64,000 bases of DNA from Bacteriovoracaceae bacterium (GTDB lineage Bacteria > Bdellovibrionota > Bacteriovoracia > Bacteriovoracales > Bacteriovoracaceae). Positions within the stretch are counted from its first letter, which is position 1, and each line of letters opens with the position of its first letter. Shown here in pieces: positions 9,245-17,852 of this stretch. The position numbers were made by a program, and so were the translations under genes. The notes beneath the pieces were generated by a model. It was not told the origin of the DNA and did not search any database. It was given only the letters and a program-made list of their open reading frames with translations. The DNA lies in NCBI GenBank assembly GCA_020630335.1, contig JAHDBN010000004.1, positions 9,258 through 73,257 of the forward strand. Reading direction: 5' to 3'.

Positions 9245-10639
9245 ATGTCTAAAATTAATAGAAGAAGTTTTTTTGAAATATCAGCTTTAGGTGGTGTTGC
9301 TATTGGTTTAGCGCCTCGTGCTTTCTCATTAAGTACTAATAAAAGAAGTGAGCCATTAGCTAGGTATGAAAAAAGTACTTATGATTTCTCTCATAGAGAG
9401 CTAATTAAAATTGCAGAGAAGTATGGATCTCCAGCATATGTATATGACTGGAATATGATAAAAGACAAATACTTGGAGCTTTCTAAAGCTTTTAAAAATA
9501 ATTATCCAAAAGTAAAAGTTCATTATGCATATAAAGCAAACACCAACCTGAATATTGTTTCTTTGCTAACTTCTCTGGGAGCAGGAGCAGAATGTATCTC
9601 AGAAGGAGAAATGAAAATTGCTTTAGAATGTGGGCAAGATCCTAAAAATATGATCTTAACTTCTAATAGTAAATCTACTAAAGAATTAAGCTTTGCAATA
9701 GAAAAAGGAGTTTTGATTAACATTGATTCTTTATCTGGCTTAAAAAAGCTCATTAAAATAATAGATGAGAAAAAAGTTAAAACAAGAATAAGCATAAGAG
9801 TAAATCCTGATGTTACAACTACTTCAACTCATAAGCATATATCCACAGGACATAAGTTTACTAAATTTGGTTTAATGTATTTGAATGGAGATATCTATAA
9901 GGCATGTAAATTGGCTTTAGATCATAAAAAGATTCAATTAGTTGGGATACATAGTCATATAGGATCTCAGATTTTAGAACTGGGGCCATTTGAAAAGAAT
10001 ATAAAAATTCTTTCTAAGGTTGCTCTAGAGATAAAAAAGCAATTTAATTATGAAATTAAAAGTATCAATATGGGAGGAGGCTTAGGCATTCCTTATAGAG
10101 ATGGAGAAAAAGAACTTAGCCCCAAAACACTTGCTCGCCAAATGGGCATTCAGTTAAAAAGAAAGTTAAAATCATTTAAAAGATTACCAGAGCTTTGGCT
10201 CGAACCAGGTAGATATTTTGTTGCTCAAGCAGGAATACTCTTAGCTGAAGTGAACTCAGTAAAGATGACTGATATTAGAAATTTTATAAATATCAATACA
10301 GGTTTTAATCATCTTGCCAGACCTGTTATGTATGAAGCATATCATCGAGTGAGAATTTTAAATAAAAATTCCAATATAAAAAAGTTTCAGGTCGCAGGAA
10401 ATATTTGTGAAACTGGTGACGTCCTTACTCAAATGAGAAATCTTCCTATGCCTGAGATTGGAGATAAAGTAGCGATTCTGGATGCAGGAGCTTATGGTTT
10501 TAGTATGGCGAGTGAGTATAATAGTTTCTATCTCCCTGCTGAAATTGCAATAAAAGATGGAAAAGAATTTATAATTAGAGAGCGAGAAGATTTTGAAGAC
10601 TTACTTCGAAATCAGAAAATTATAAGAAAACTGGTTTAG
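9245..10639 (+). CDS. Diaminopimelate decarboxylase-type PLP enzyme (fold-type III Orn/DAP/Arg decarboxylase) with an N-terminal twin-arginine signal
   Basis: LysA-like motifs: HYAYKANTN (PLP Lys), GAECISEGE, HSHIGSQ, GGGLGIPY, EPGRYFVAQAG, CETGD, DAGAYGFSMASEYN. N-terminus MSKINRRSFFEISALGGVAIGLAPRAFS is Tat-like. No gene symbol is given because the substrate and compartment are uncertain. Confidence 0.8.
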   Translation: MSKINRRSFFEISALGGVAIGLAPRAFSLSTNKRSEPLARYEKSTYDFSHRELIKIAEKYGSPAYVYDWNMIKDKYLELSKAFKNNYPKVKVHYAYKANTNLNIVSLLTSLGAGAECISEGEMKIALECGQDPKNMILTSNSKSTKELSFAIEKGVLINIDSLSGLKKLIKIIDEKKVKTRISIRVNPDVTTTSTHKHISTGHKFTKFGLMYLNGDIYKACKLALDHKKIQLVGIHSHIGSQILELGPFEKNIKILSKVALEIKKQFNYEIKSINMGGGLGIPYRDGEKELSPKTLARQMGIQLKRKLKSFKRLPELWLEPGRYFVAQAGILLAEVNSVKMTDIRNFININTGFNHLARPVMYEAYHRVRILNKNSNIKKFQVAGNICETGDVLTQMRNLPMPEIGDKVAILDAGAYGFSMASEYNSFYLPAEIAIKDGKEFIIREREDFEDLLRNQKIIRKLV

Positions 10640-11451
10640 TTATAAATATTACATTTTTCTAATGCAATATTATTCGGAAGAAGTTTAGCTTCTTGGTTAC
10701 TATTAGACTTTAAAGCATCAATTCTTTTTTGAGTATCTGGATGAGTAGAAAACCATTCATGAGGAGATTTCTTTCCTATTTCATCTTCTATATTTTTAAA
10801 AAACTCATCAGCCTGATTTAAATGACCATAGCGCTCTAAAGTGATGTTTTTGGCCATTTTATCTGCTTGTTTTTCTAAATTTCTTGATACTTTCAAATCA
10901 AATAAGTTACTAGCAGTTGATAATAGATCACTCATTGAATCTATTTGAATGAAGAAATTTAAAAAAACTTTAGGGATGATTTTTCCTACACCATTTTCAG
11001 GATGTCTAAAATAAGCGTGGGCAATCTCATGAGCTAGAATAAAACTTAGAGCATTTTCATGACAAATATTATTAAAGAGCTCATCTGATATAACAATAAT
11101 TTTCCCAGGTAGAGTTGCTGCAGGAATTTTTTGTTCAATATATTTTAACTCCCATTGATCTTTATTAATTTCTAGTTGATCTAAGATTTCATAAAAGATA
11201 TTGGCAGCATAAACATAACGAGGATTTGAATCATCTGTCTTATCTATCATTGCTTTAAAATACAATTGACTTATTTTTTTATGAACAGCGTTAGGGACTA
11301 AAGGAGCAATTAAATGACCAAGGAAATGAGAACCAACACTTATTAGAGCAACAACTAAAAGAAAAGATAAGAAAAGTTTAGATAATTGTTTCCACCATGC
11401 TTCATCTGGAGCATTTACTTTATCATCAGGTAGTTTGGATTCATATTTCAT
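10636..11451 (-). CDS. M48-family zinc metallopeptidase with an N-terminal TM anchor
   Basis: HExxH in ..LAHEIAHAYFRHPE.. and a distal ..HPDTQKRIDAL.. typical of M48. TM segment LSFLLVVALISVGSHFLGHLIAPL. Start overlaps the upstream gene stop (ATGA). Confidence 0.8.
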   Translation of the reverse strand: MKYESKLPDDKVNAPDEAWWKQLSKLFLSFLLVVALISVGSHFLGHLIAPLVPNAVHKKISQLYFKAMIDKTDDSNPRYVYAANIFYEILDQLEINKDQWELKYIEQKIPAATLPGKIIVISDELFNNICHENALSFILAHEIAHAYFRHPENGVGKIIPKVFLNFFIQIDSMSDLLSTASNLFDLKVSRNLEKQADKMAKNITLERYGHLNQADEFFKNIEDEIGKKSPHEWFSTHPDTQKRIDALKSNSNQEAKLLPNNIALEKCNIYN

Positions 11452-11900
11452 GATCGATTAAGAGCAGTTCCATAGGCCATAACTTCTATAGAACTCATAC
11501 CACCTTTTTTATGAGCAGAGCTTCCGATATTAGATGTTTCTATTCTCACATTAATTATAGAGTTAAAACCATTTCTATAAGCTTGTTCCTTCATACGTAT
11601 CACTGCTTCTCGTCTTCCCCTGTCGATAAGACTTTCAAAAGAAAAAACTCGTCCTCCCGTAATATTAACTATAATAGATGCAAATCTTTTAAAATAATCC
11701 AATGCAACGACTACATGGCCTGTAACTAAAGTAGCGTGATGAGAGTTTTCAACAAACTCATGAGTTTTAGTACTACTAAGAATAATATTTTTATATTTTT
11801 CTTCTCTTTGCTTTAAACTTTGAAAGTGCATCTTTTCACCCAAAGTCCCAAAGATGAACCCTAATACTAATAGAGTTAAAAATAAGCTTGATACTCCCAT
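11448..11900 (-). CDS. YbjQ/UPF0145-family protein with an N-terminal TM helix
   Basis: 150 aa. TM MGVSSLFLTLLVLGFIFGTLG followed by a YbjQ-like core (..GGRVFSFESLIDRGRREAVIRMKEQAYRNGFNSIINVRIETS..MAYGTAL). Confidence 0.7.
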   Translation of the reverse strand: MGVSSLFLTLLVLGFIFGTLGEKMHFQSLKQREEKYKNIILSSTKTHEFVENSHHATLVTGHVVVALDYFKRFASIIVNITGGRVFSFESLIDRGRREAVIRMKEQAYRNGFNSIINVRIETSNIGSSAHKKGGMSSIEVMAYGTALNRS

Positions 11901-11903
11901 TGT

Positions 11904-12218
11904 CTAATCAACCACTACAGCTGTACCATAAACATAAAGCTCAGCTGCTCCTTGAGTAATTGAGCTGGTTGAAAAACGGATATTAATAATAGCGTTGGCA
12001 CCCAGAGATTCAGCCTGAGTAATCATTCGTTGTACTGCCTCTTTTCTCGATTCATTAAGAAGTTCTGTATAACCTCGTAATTCTCCTCCAAAGATATTCT
12101 TAATACTGGCTGCAAAATCCCGCCCTATATGTTTTGCCCTTATAGTACTTCCACTTACTAGGCCTTGATGGCCAGTTATACGTTTCCCAGGGACAGATTC
12201 AAGATTTGTAAGGATCAT
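11904..12218 (-). CDS. YbjQ/UPF0145-family (putative heavy-metal-binding) protein
   Basis: MILTNLESVPGKRI..GGELRGYTELLNESRKEAVQRMITQAESLGANAIINIRF..YVYGTAVVV is a full-length YbjQ fold signature. I prefer ATG 12218 (GGAG 6 nt upstream) to the track's TTG 12230. Confidence 0.8.
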   Translation of the reverse strand: MILTNLESVPGKRITGHQGLVSGSTIRAKHIGRDFAASIKNIFGGELRGYTELLNESRKEAVQRMITQAESLGANAIINIRFSTSSITQGAAELYVYGTAVVVD

Positions 12219-12306
12219 AAGTTTCTCCAAAATTAGTAGGAAAAATGATTTTACCTATTGTTTCATGAAAAAACTTCATAATAAAAAAAATAGATAGATA
12301 AGTGGT

Positions 12307-12335
12307 TGACTTCTTCTATAAGGATCTTTATTATA
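12307..12335 (+). promoter_or_regulatory. Sigma70-type promoter for the 5S rRNA gene
   Basis: TTGACT (12307-12312), 17-nt spacer, TATTAT (12330-12335). This places the transcription start about 10 nt upstream of the 5S 5' end. Confidence 0.5.
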
Positions 12336-12352
12336 CACAAGACTCTAATTTG

Positions 12353-12466
12353 GTGTGTCTATAGCGACAGTGAAACACCCGGCAACATCCCGAACCCGGA
12401 AGTTAAGCCTGTCAGCGGCAACGATACTGCCAGGGCGACTTGGTGGCAAAATAGCTCGACGCACCT
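12353..12466 (+). rRNA. rrf: 5S ribosomal RNA (stand-alone copy)
   Basis: 8-bp helix I pairs GGTGTGTC (12353-12360) with GACGCACC (12459-12466). Conserved loop/helix segment CCCGAACCCGGAAGTTAAGC. Helix II GCGACAG/CTGTCAGC and helix IV/V TGCCA..TGGCA. Aligns by eye along the E. coli 5S. Ends are uncertain by about 2 nt. Confidence 0.85.
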
Positions 12467-12474
12467 TCTTTTTA

Positions 12475-12519
12475 AAAAACCTCTTTTAGAAATAAATATT
12501 TTTAAAAGAGGTTTTTTTA
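12475..12519 (+). terminator. Rho-independent terminator after the 5S rRNA
   Basis: AAAAAACCTCTTTT..(16-nt loop)..AAAAGAGGTTTTTTT. A second small hairpin AACTGA-CTTAA-TCAGTT plus TTT follows at 12525-12544. Confidence 0.7.
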
Positions 12520-12598
12520 TTTCAACTGACTTAATCAGTTTTTAAAGCCAAATATTAACTACTTTAAACACTGCGCTAAAACATGATATATTTTAATA

Positions 12599-14884
12599 GT
12601 GCGTGTCATTAATAATAAATTGATTTTAGGAATAATTGCTGCAACTAGTTGTATTAATGCGTTATTTTATTTTTTTCGATCAAGCTTTATAGATAATACT
12701 TATCACATCTCGTCTGGCACAGGATCTATTAGTTCTATCGCATATTATTTTTATTCTTTTTTTGCTTCGATTGAATATTTTTCAGGAGCTTTTTTATTCT
12801 TAGTGTTTTCTTTTGCTTTTCTAGCTAATCAAAAGAAATTTCAAAATACTAGTACTCTTTCGTTTGGAAGTTTCACTTTGGGAACTCTATTAAGTTCAGT
12901 TTTTATTGCTTATCAACTTTTTCCAAATTCGTTAGGCCTAGGACTTAAAAGTGTAATTACGACTTATGTTAACTCTTATCTTTTTTTCTTCTTGTCACTA
13001 TTAGGCTTAATAATTATTACGAGTTCATTGATGGGTTTAAAAAACTTTATAAGTTTGTGCACTTCAAAAGTGAGTTTAAAAAATAGCTTTTTTCAAAACA
13101 TAAAAGATAAGAATTTTAATCTTCAAAGTTTAATTTCTAAATTAAAAGAAAAGAAAAAAGAAGAAAAGTACTCAAATCAAGAAGAAGTAGATCTTGAAAG
13201 TTTTTTATCATTTCATGATGAAACTATAAATTCTGAAATTGAGATTAGTGAAATTCTCCCAAAGGAAAATGAATTTTTTATTAATAAAGAAAAATCTCAA
13301 ATAGATGTAAGAGTAAATACTGAAAAAGCAAACCCTAAAGAACCCAAAACTATCTCCAAAAAGTTAATAAGTAGAAAAATTATATCTGGGGAGAAAGCGG
13401 TTTATGAGAGTCAAGATTCTTTAATTGGATCGCTGGTAAGTCAATCAAGAATAAATATATCGAGCCCAGATCAAGTTTATTTTGAAGATATAATGGGGCG
13501 AATCGAAGATAAACTTAAAGAATTCAAAATCGAAGCTAAAGTTATTAATGTTTTAAAAGGACCTGTTGTTGATACTTACGAGATAGAACTAGGGCCAGGA
13601 ATAAAAGTATCCAAGGTCACTGGCTTAACCGAGGACTTAAGTTTAGCTTTATCAGGTGCTCCGATAAGGATGATTTATCCTATTAAAGGAAGAACTAGTA
13701 TGGGAATAGAAGTTCCCAGAAATCCTAGAGAGATTATCTATCTTGATGATGTTTTAAAAGCAAGAGATTATAAAAAATCAGAGAAGCGTTTACCAATTGC
13801 TATGGGGAAAGATGCTTTTGGACATACCAAAGTTGTAGACCTTGCTTCTATGCCTCATATGCTAGTCGCCGGTTCTACGGGGGCGGGTAAGTCAGTTTTT
13901 ATTAATACTCTTCTCGTTTCCTTATTAGTTAAACTTGATCCTAGTAAACTTAAATTAATTCTTATTGATCCGAAACAATTAGAACTTGCTTTGTACGCAA
14001 AGCTTCCTCATTTATTAATGCCAGTAATGACTGATCCTAAAACGTCATCGCTTTCACTTTTATGGGCATGTCAGGAAATGGAAAGACGTTACACTATTTT
14101 AAAAGAGATGGGAGTTCGAAATATTGAAGGTTTCAATGAGAAACTTAAAAGATCATCTAAAGAGGATGTTGAAAAAATTAAGAAGCTTTATAAAACAGGA
14201 GAACCTTTAGAGTTACCTTATATTGTTATCATTGTTGACGAGTTTGCGGATTTGATTTTAAGTAAAGTTGGTAAGGATATAGAAACAAATATTTGTAGAC
14301 TAGCTGCAAAAGCTAGGGCATCTGGGATTCATTTAGTTCTAGCAACTCAAAGGCCATCAGTTGATGTCATTACAGGTTTAGTTAAATCAAACTTTCCAAC
14401 TAGAGTTTCATTTAGAGTTACTTCAGCGGTAGATTCTCGAACTATTCTTAATAAAATGGGAGCAGAGAAACTTCTAGGCAAGGGAGACATGCTTTATAAA
14501 CATGGCGTAGAAATGGAGCGACTTCACTCTTCTTATGTTGATGAAAATGAAATAGAAAGCCTTGTTGAAAAAATGTGCACTAAAGATCCTGAGTTTCATA
14601 CTGGAGCAATGGAATTCTTAGATGATATGGAGAACGGATCTTCTGATTTGAAACTACCAGATGAAGTAGTCATGACTCAAACCCTACCTGAGATAAGTGG
14701 AAAAGATACCCTCTATGATGACGCTATAAATCTTGTTCGTGAGACTAGATCAGCAAGTGCATCCTTTCTTCAACGACGCTTACGTATTGGATACAACAGA
14801 GCTGCAAATCTAATTGAGCAAATGGAATCAGATGGAATTGTCGGTCCTTCGCAAGGCTCTAAACCTCGAAAAGTTTTGATCTAG
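12599..14884 (+). CDS. ftsK: DNA translocase FtsK/SpoIIIE
   Basis: N-terminal multi-TM region and linker, then a motor domain with Walker A ..VAGSTGAGKSVFIN.., ..IVIIVDEFADL.., ..HLVLATQRPSVDVITG.., and a C-terminal gamma (winged-helix) domain ..SASFLQRRLRIGYNRAANLIEQME..GIV. GTG start. Confidence 0.9.
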   Translation: MRVINNKLILGIIAATSCINALFYFFRSSFIDNTYHISSGTGSISSIAYYFYSFFASIEYFSGAFLFLVFSFAFLANQKKFQNTSTLSFGSFTLGTLLSSVFIAYQLFPNSLGLGLKSVITTYVNSYLFFFLSLLGLIIITSSLMGLKNFISLCTSKVSLKNSFFQNIKDKNFNLQSLISKLKEKKKEEKYSNQEEVDLESFLSFHDETINSEIEISEILPKENEFFINKEKSQIDVRVNTEKANPKEPKTISKKLISRKIISGEKAVYESQDSLIGSLVSQSRINISSPDQVYFEDIMGRIEDKLKEFKIEAKVINVLKGPVVDTYEIELGPGIKVSKVTGLTEDLSLALSGAPIRMIYPIKGRTSMGIEVPRNPREIIYLDDVLKARDYKKSEKRLPIAMGKDAFGHTKVVDLASMPHMLVAGSTGAGKSVFINTLLVSLLVKLDPSKLKLILIDPKQLELALYAKLPHLLMPVMTDPKTSSLSLLWACQEMERRYTILKEMGVRNIEGFNEKLKRSSKEDVEKIKKLYKTGEPLELPYIVIIVDEFADLILSKVGKDIETNICRLAAKARASGIHLVLATQRPSVDVITGLVKSNFPTRVSFRVTSAVDSRTILNKMGAEKLLGKGDMLYKHGVEMERLHSSYVDENEIESLVEKMCTKDPEFHTGAMEFLDDMENGSSDLKLPDEVVMTQTLPEISGKDTLYDDAINLVRETRSASASFLQRRLRIGYNRAANLIEQMESDGIVGPSQGSKPRKVLI

Positions 14885-15025
14885 CAAGCTTTTGCCCATT
14901 TAAATTCTCATATTCTAAGCACTTTTTTTGTCTATATTGCTCTTAATCTAGGGTTTCAAGAAATTAAGCTTTTCCAAGAATGTTTTCTTTTAAAATAATT
15001 AAAGGGGAAAAATAAGGAGAAAATA

Positions 15026-16786
15026 ATGACAAAAATTTTCAATGTAGTATTTTTAATTTTGCTTACCAGTTGTCTTGGCTCATCGCTAGAGTCTGAGAAA
15101 GTACAGTTGATCGATAGTGATGAAAAAACGTGTAAGGAAAGTCAAAAGATAGAAAGCTTAGACCAAGTCTTTGAAGGTTCATTCTCTAGAGAGATCAGTG
15201 ATAATTTTGAAGAAGGAACTTACAATCAGATAAATTTGTTAACAGATGATTTGGGCAATAGATATGAGTTGAGAGGAGAAGATTTAGAGAAGTTACAAAA
15301 TGGAGATAGAGTACATATTAAAGGTACTCAAAACCTTCTTTTGTCTTCTGATGACTCTACTTTATCAAAAATTGAAGTGAGTAGTGCTCTAGTCCTGAAT
15401 TCAAATATTCAATTAATAAAATCTTATGATGTAAAAGTATTGATGGTCATTATGGATTTTACAAATAGAAAAACTACTAACATTTATAGTCTTGATAAAG
15501 GAAAATCTGATTTAGAAAAACTTAAAACTTATTTTGATACCAACAGTGGGGGACAAATAAAAATAAATATTGATGCTAATGATGACGGAAGTCCTGATGT
15601 TGAAGTTTTAGATATGGGAGGGAGTTTCTCTAGGCAATTGTGCTCTCCCAATATAGGAACATTGGCTAAAAGTAGATTGAAGGAGTTGAACTATAATGAC
15701 TATGATCAGGTCATTACAGTTGCTGCAAATTCTTTAAGTGGAAACGATACAACTTGTAGGTATGGAGGAGTTGCTAGTCTTGGAAGACTTGGAGATGGAA
15801 GAAACACAAAGACTCATATCGGAATTCCAAAGTTTAATGTGATCTTACATGAATATGGTCACATGCTAGGATTGGGACATTCTGGAGATGCAAAAGCATC
15901 TGGTGGAAGAAAAGTATATGGACATAAGGTTTGCCCTATGGGTAATTCTTTTCATAATGAAGTAACATCATTTAGTGGTGTTAAATCAAAAATGCTTGGA
16001 TTATTAGATAATGAACCAGAGCTAGAAAGAACTATTACTGATGATGGTACCTATGAGATAGAGGCAATTGGCTATGGCGTTTTAAGTAATGGGAATAATT
16101 TACCACGAGTCATTACGATTAAATCTGGTTCTCAGACATATTATTTAGATTATAGATTTGAAGTAGGTGAGGATGATGATATGCCTCAAGATATTAGAGG
16201 TTTTAGAGGAATTAATATCGTAACAGGACAGTTAGGTAACGGTGGAGCTTCTCATTATCAAAGTATTTTAAACACACCTAATGAAAAGTTTAATGGTTCA
16301 GGTGTTTCTATAGAAATTGTAGGTGGTATCGATGAAGATAAAGCTAGTTTTAAAGTAACTTTCGATAATCCTTCAGCAAATCCTACAGGTGGTAGTGGGA
16401 CGAATGGTGGTGGAAGTAGTAACCCTGGAAATGAGAAACCTGAGTGTGATGCTAGTAAGGTGAGTTTTGATTTAAGCCAAGTCGAGAAAAAATCGGATGA
16501 CTTATATGAAGTTTCTTATTCAGTAAAAAATGAAACGAAGTGTGACAAACTAAATTTTTCTATTAGCGTTGTTTCAGATGTTTTCAAAGCCCAAGAAGAA
16601 CAGACTATATCTGTTAATAAGGGTGAAAGCTTAGAGGTTTTAACAAAAATAGAACTTAAAGAAGGTGAAGAAATACAAGCAGATCAAGAAGTTGAAGGAC
16701 TAATAGAAGCATCTGAGAAAAGTTCAAAAGTCGAAAATAAAACAATGAGATTCTCTGTTTCCCCAGAGCAAGATGATAAATGCTAA
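15026..16786 (+). CDS. Metzincin-type zinc metalloprotease lipoprotein with a Gly/Ser/Asn linker and a C-terminal domain
   Basis: Lipobox ..LILLTSC. HExxHxxGxxH in ..VILHEYGHMLGLGHSGD.., with a possible Met-turn ..VCPMGNS... Low-complexity linker NPTGGSGTNGGGSSNPGN. AAGGAG RBS. Confidence 0.7.
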   Translation: MTKIFNVVFLILLTSCLGSSLESEKVQLIDSDEKTCKESQKIESLDQVFEGSFSREISDNFEEGTYNQINLLTDDLGNRYELRGEDLEKLQNGDRVHIKGTQNLLLSSDDSTLSKIEVSSALVLNSNIQLIKSYDVKVLMVIMDFTNRKTTNIYSLDKGKSDLEKLKTYFDTNSGGQIKINIDANDDGSPDVEVLDMGGSFSRQLCSPNIGTLAKSRLKELNYNDYDQVITVAANSLSGNDTTCRYGGVASLGRLGDGRNTKTHIGIPKFNVILHEYGHMLGLGHSGDAKASGGRKVYGHKVCPMGNSFHNEVTSFSGVKSKMLGLLDNEPELERTITDDGTYEIEAIGYGVLSNGNNLPRVITIKSGSQTYYLDYRFEVGEDDDMPQDIRGFRGINIVTGQLGNGGASHYQSILNTPNEKFNGSGVSIEIVGGIDEDKASFKVTFDNPSANPTGGSGTNGGGSSNPGNEKPECDASKVSFDLSQVEKKSDDLYEVSYSVKNETKCDKLNFSISVVSDVFKAQEEQTISVNKGESLEVLTKIELKEGEEIQADQEVEGLIEASEKSSKVENKTMRFSVSPEQDDKC

Positions 16787-16802
16787 ATTTATAGCTTATT
16801 CT

Positions 16803-16834
16803 AAGACCGATTTAGAGATAAATCGGTCTTTTTC
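16803..16834 (+). terminator. Rho-independent terminator
   Basis: AAGACCGATTT-AGAGAT-AAATCGGTCTT hairpin followed by a T-run. Confidence 0.75.
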
Positions 16835-16890
16835 TTAATTCTTAGAGTTGATCTCCTTTCTTATAAATGATAAATACATTCTGTAACAAT

Positions 16891-16940
16891 AATCATCCTG
16901 ACTTTGGACGTCTGCGTTAAAACACGCAGTAGGGATGATT
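16891..16940 (+). promoter_or_regulatory. Structured 5' leader of rpsB (nested hairpins), a candidate S2 autoregulatory element
   Basis: Outer stem AATCATCC (16891-16898) pairs with GGATGATT (16933-16940). Inner hairpin CTGCGT (16912-16917) pairs with ACGCAG (16924-16929). A promoter-like TTGATC-17 nt-(TGa)TAAATA lies at 16848-16876. SD GGGGAG sits just before ATG 16967. Confidence 0.4.
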
Positions 16941-16966
16941 CGAAATAACGACCAGGGGAGACATTC

Positions 16967-17833
16967 ATGGCGAACAAACTGAATCTAGAAGAACTACTTA
17001 AGGCCGGTGCGCATTTCGGGCATCAAACTCAAAAATGGAATCCAAAAATGAAACCGTATGTTTACGGTGAAAGAAATGGAATTTACATTATCGACATTGC
17101 TCAATCAGTTGAGCTAGCAGAAAAAGCATTTAATTTTATTAAAGGAACTGTGCAGGAAGGTAAGTCTGTTCTTTTCGTTGGAACAAAAAGACAAGCAAGT
17201 CAGGTAGTAAGAGATACTGCTGAACAGTGTGGAGCATTTCATGTTTCAAATAGATGGCTTGGTGGAATGCTTACGAATTACAAAACAATTGCTCTTTCGA
17301 TAGATAAACTTAGAAAAGTTGAAAAGATGAAAGAGAATGGTGATTTTGATTTACTAACAAAAAAAGAGCAATCAAAAATTAATAAAGATATGGATAAGCT
17401 TGAAAAAAACTTAGGTGGAATTAAAAATATGAGAAAACTACCTGGAGCAATTTTCGTTATTGATCCAAACTCTGAGAAAATTGCTATTCAAGAAGCAAAA
17501 AACTTAAACATTCCAGTAGTTGCTTTAACTGATACTAACTGTGATCCAACTGATATTGATTATGTTGTACCTGGAAATGATGATGCAATTAAATCTATTA
17601 CTCTTTTCGCAAACTATTTTTCTAATGCTGTAACTGAAGGTTCAAAAAATATTAAAGTTAAGGCAAAATCTGATCAAGGTGGATTAAGAGATCACTCATT
17701 AGAGAAAGAAATTATCGAAAAATATGAAAAAGATATCGAATTAAAAGCTGAGTTTGCTGATCCTATTGAAGCAGAAGTAGAGAAGGAATTAGCAAGTGAT
17801 GCAACTATTGAGAAAACTACAGATAAAGCTTAA
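16967..17833 (+). CDS. rpsB: 30S ribosomal protein S2
   Basis: ..LLKAGAHFGHQTQKWNPKMKPYVYGERNGIYIIDI.. and ..RWLGGMLTN.. are canonical S2. Acidic C-terminal extension. Confidence 0.95.
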   Translation: MANKLNLEELLKAGAHFGHQTQKWNPKMKPYVYGERNGIYIIDIAQSVELAEKAFNFIKGTVQEGKSVLFVGTKRQASQVVRDTAEQCGAFHVSNRWLGGMLTNYKTIALSIDKLRKVEKMKENGDFDLLTKKEQSKINKDMDKLEKNLGGIKNMRKLPGAIFVIDPNSEKIAIQEAKNLNIPVVALTDTNCDPTDIDYVVPGNDDAIKSITLFANYFSNAVTEGSKNIKVKAKSDQGGLRDHSLEKEIIEKYEKDIELKAEFADPIEAEVEKELASDATIEKTTDKA

Positions 17834-17852
17834 TTAAAAAGGATATAAGAAT

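Noticed and set aside
12306-12545. 79-aa plus-strand ORF in the track
   Set aside because: It is entirely explained by the 5S rRNA gene and its terminator. It has no RBS, and its translated sequence is an artefact of structured RNA.
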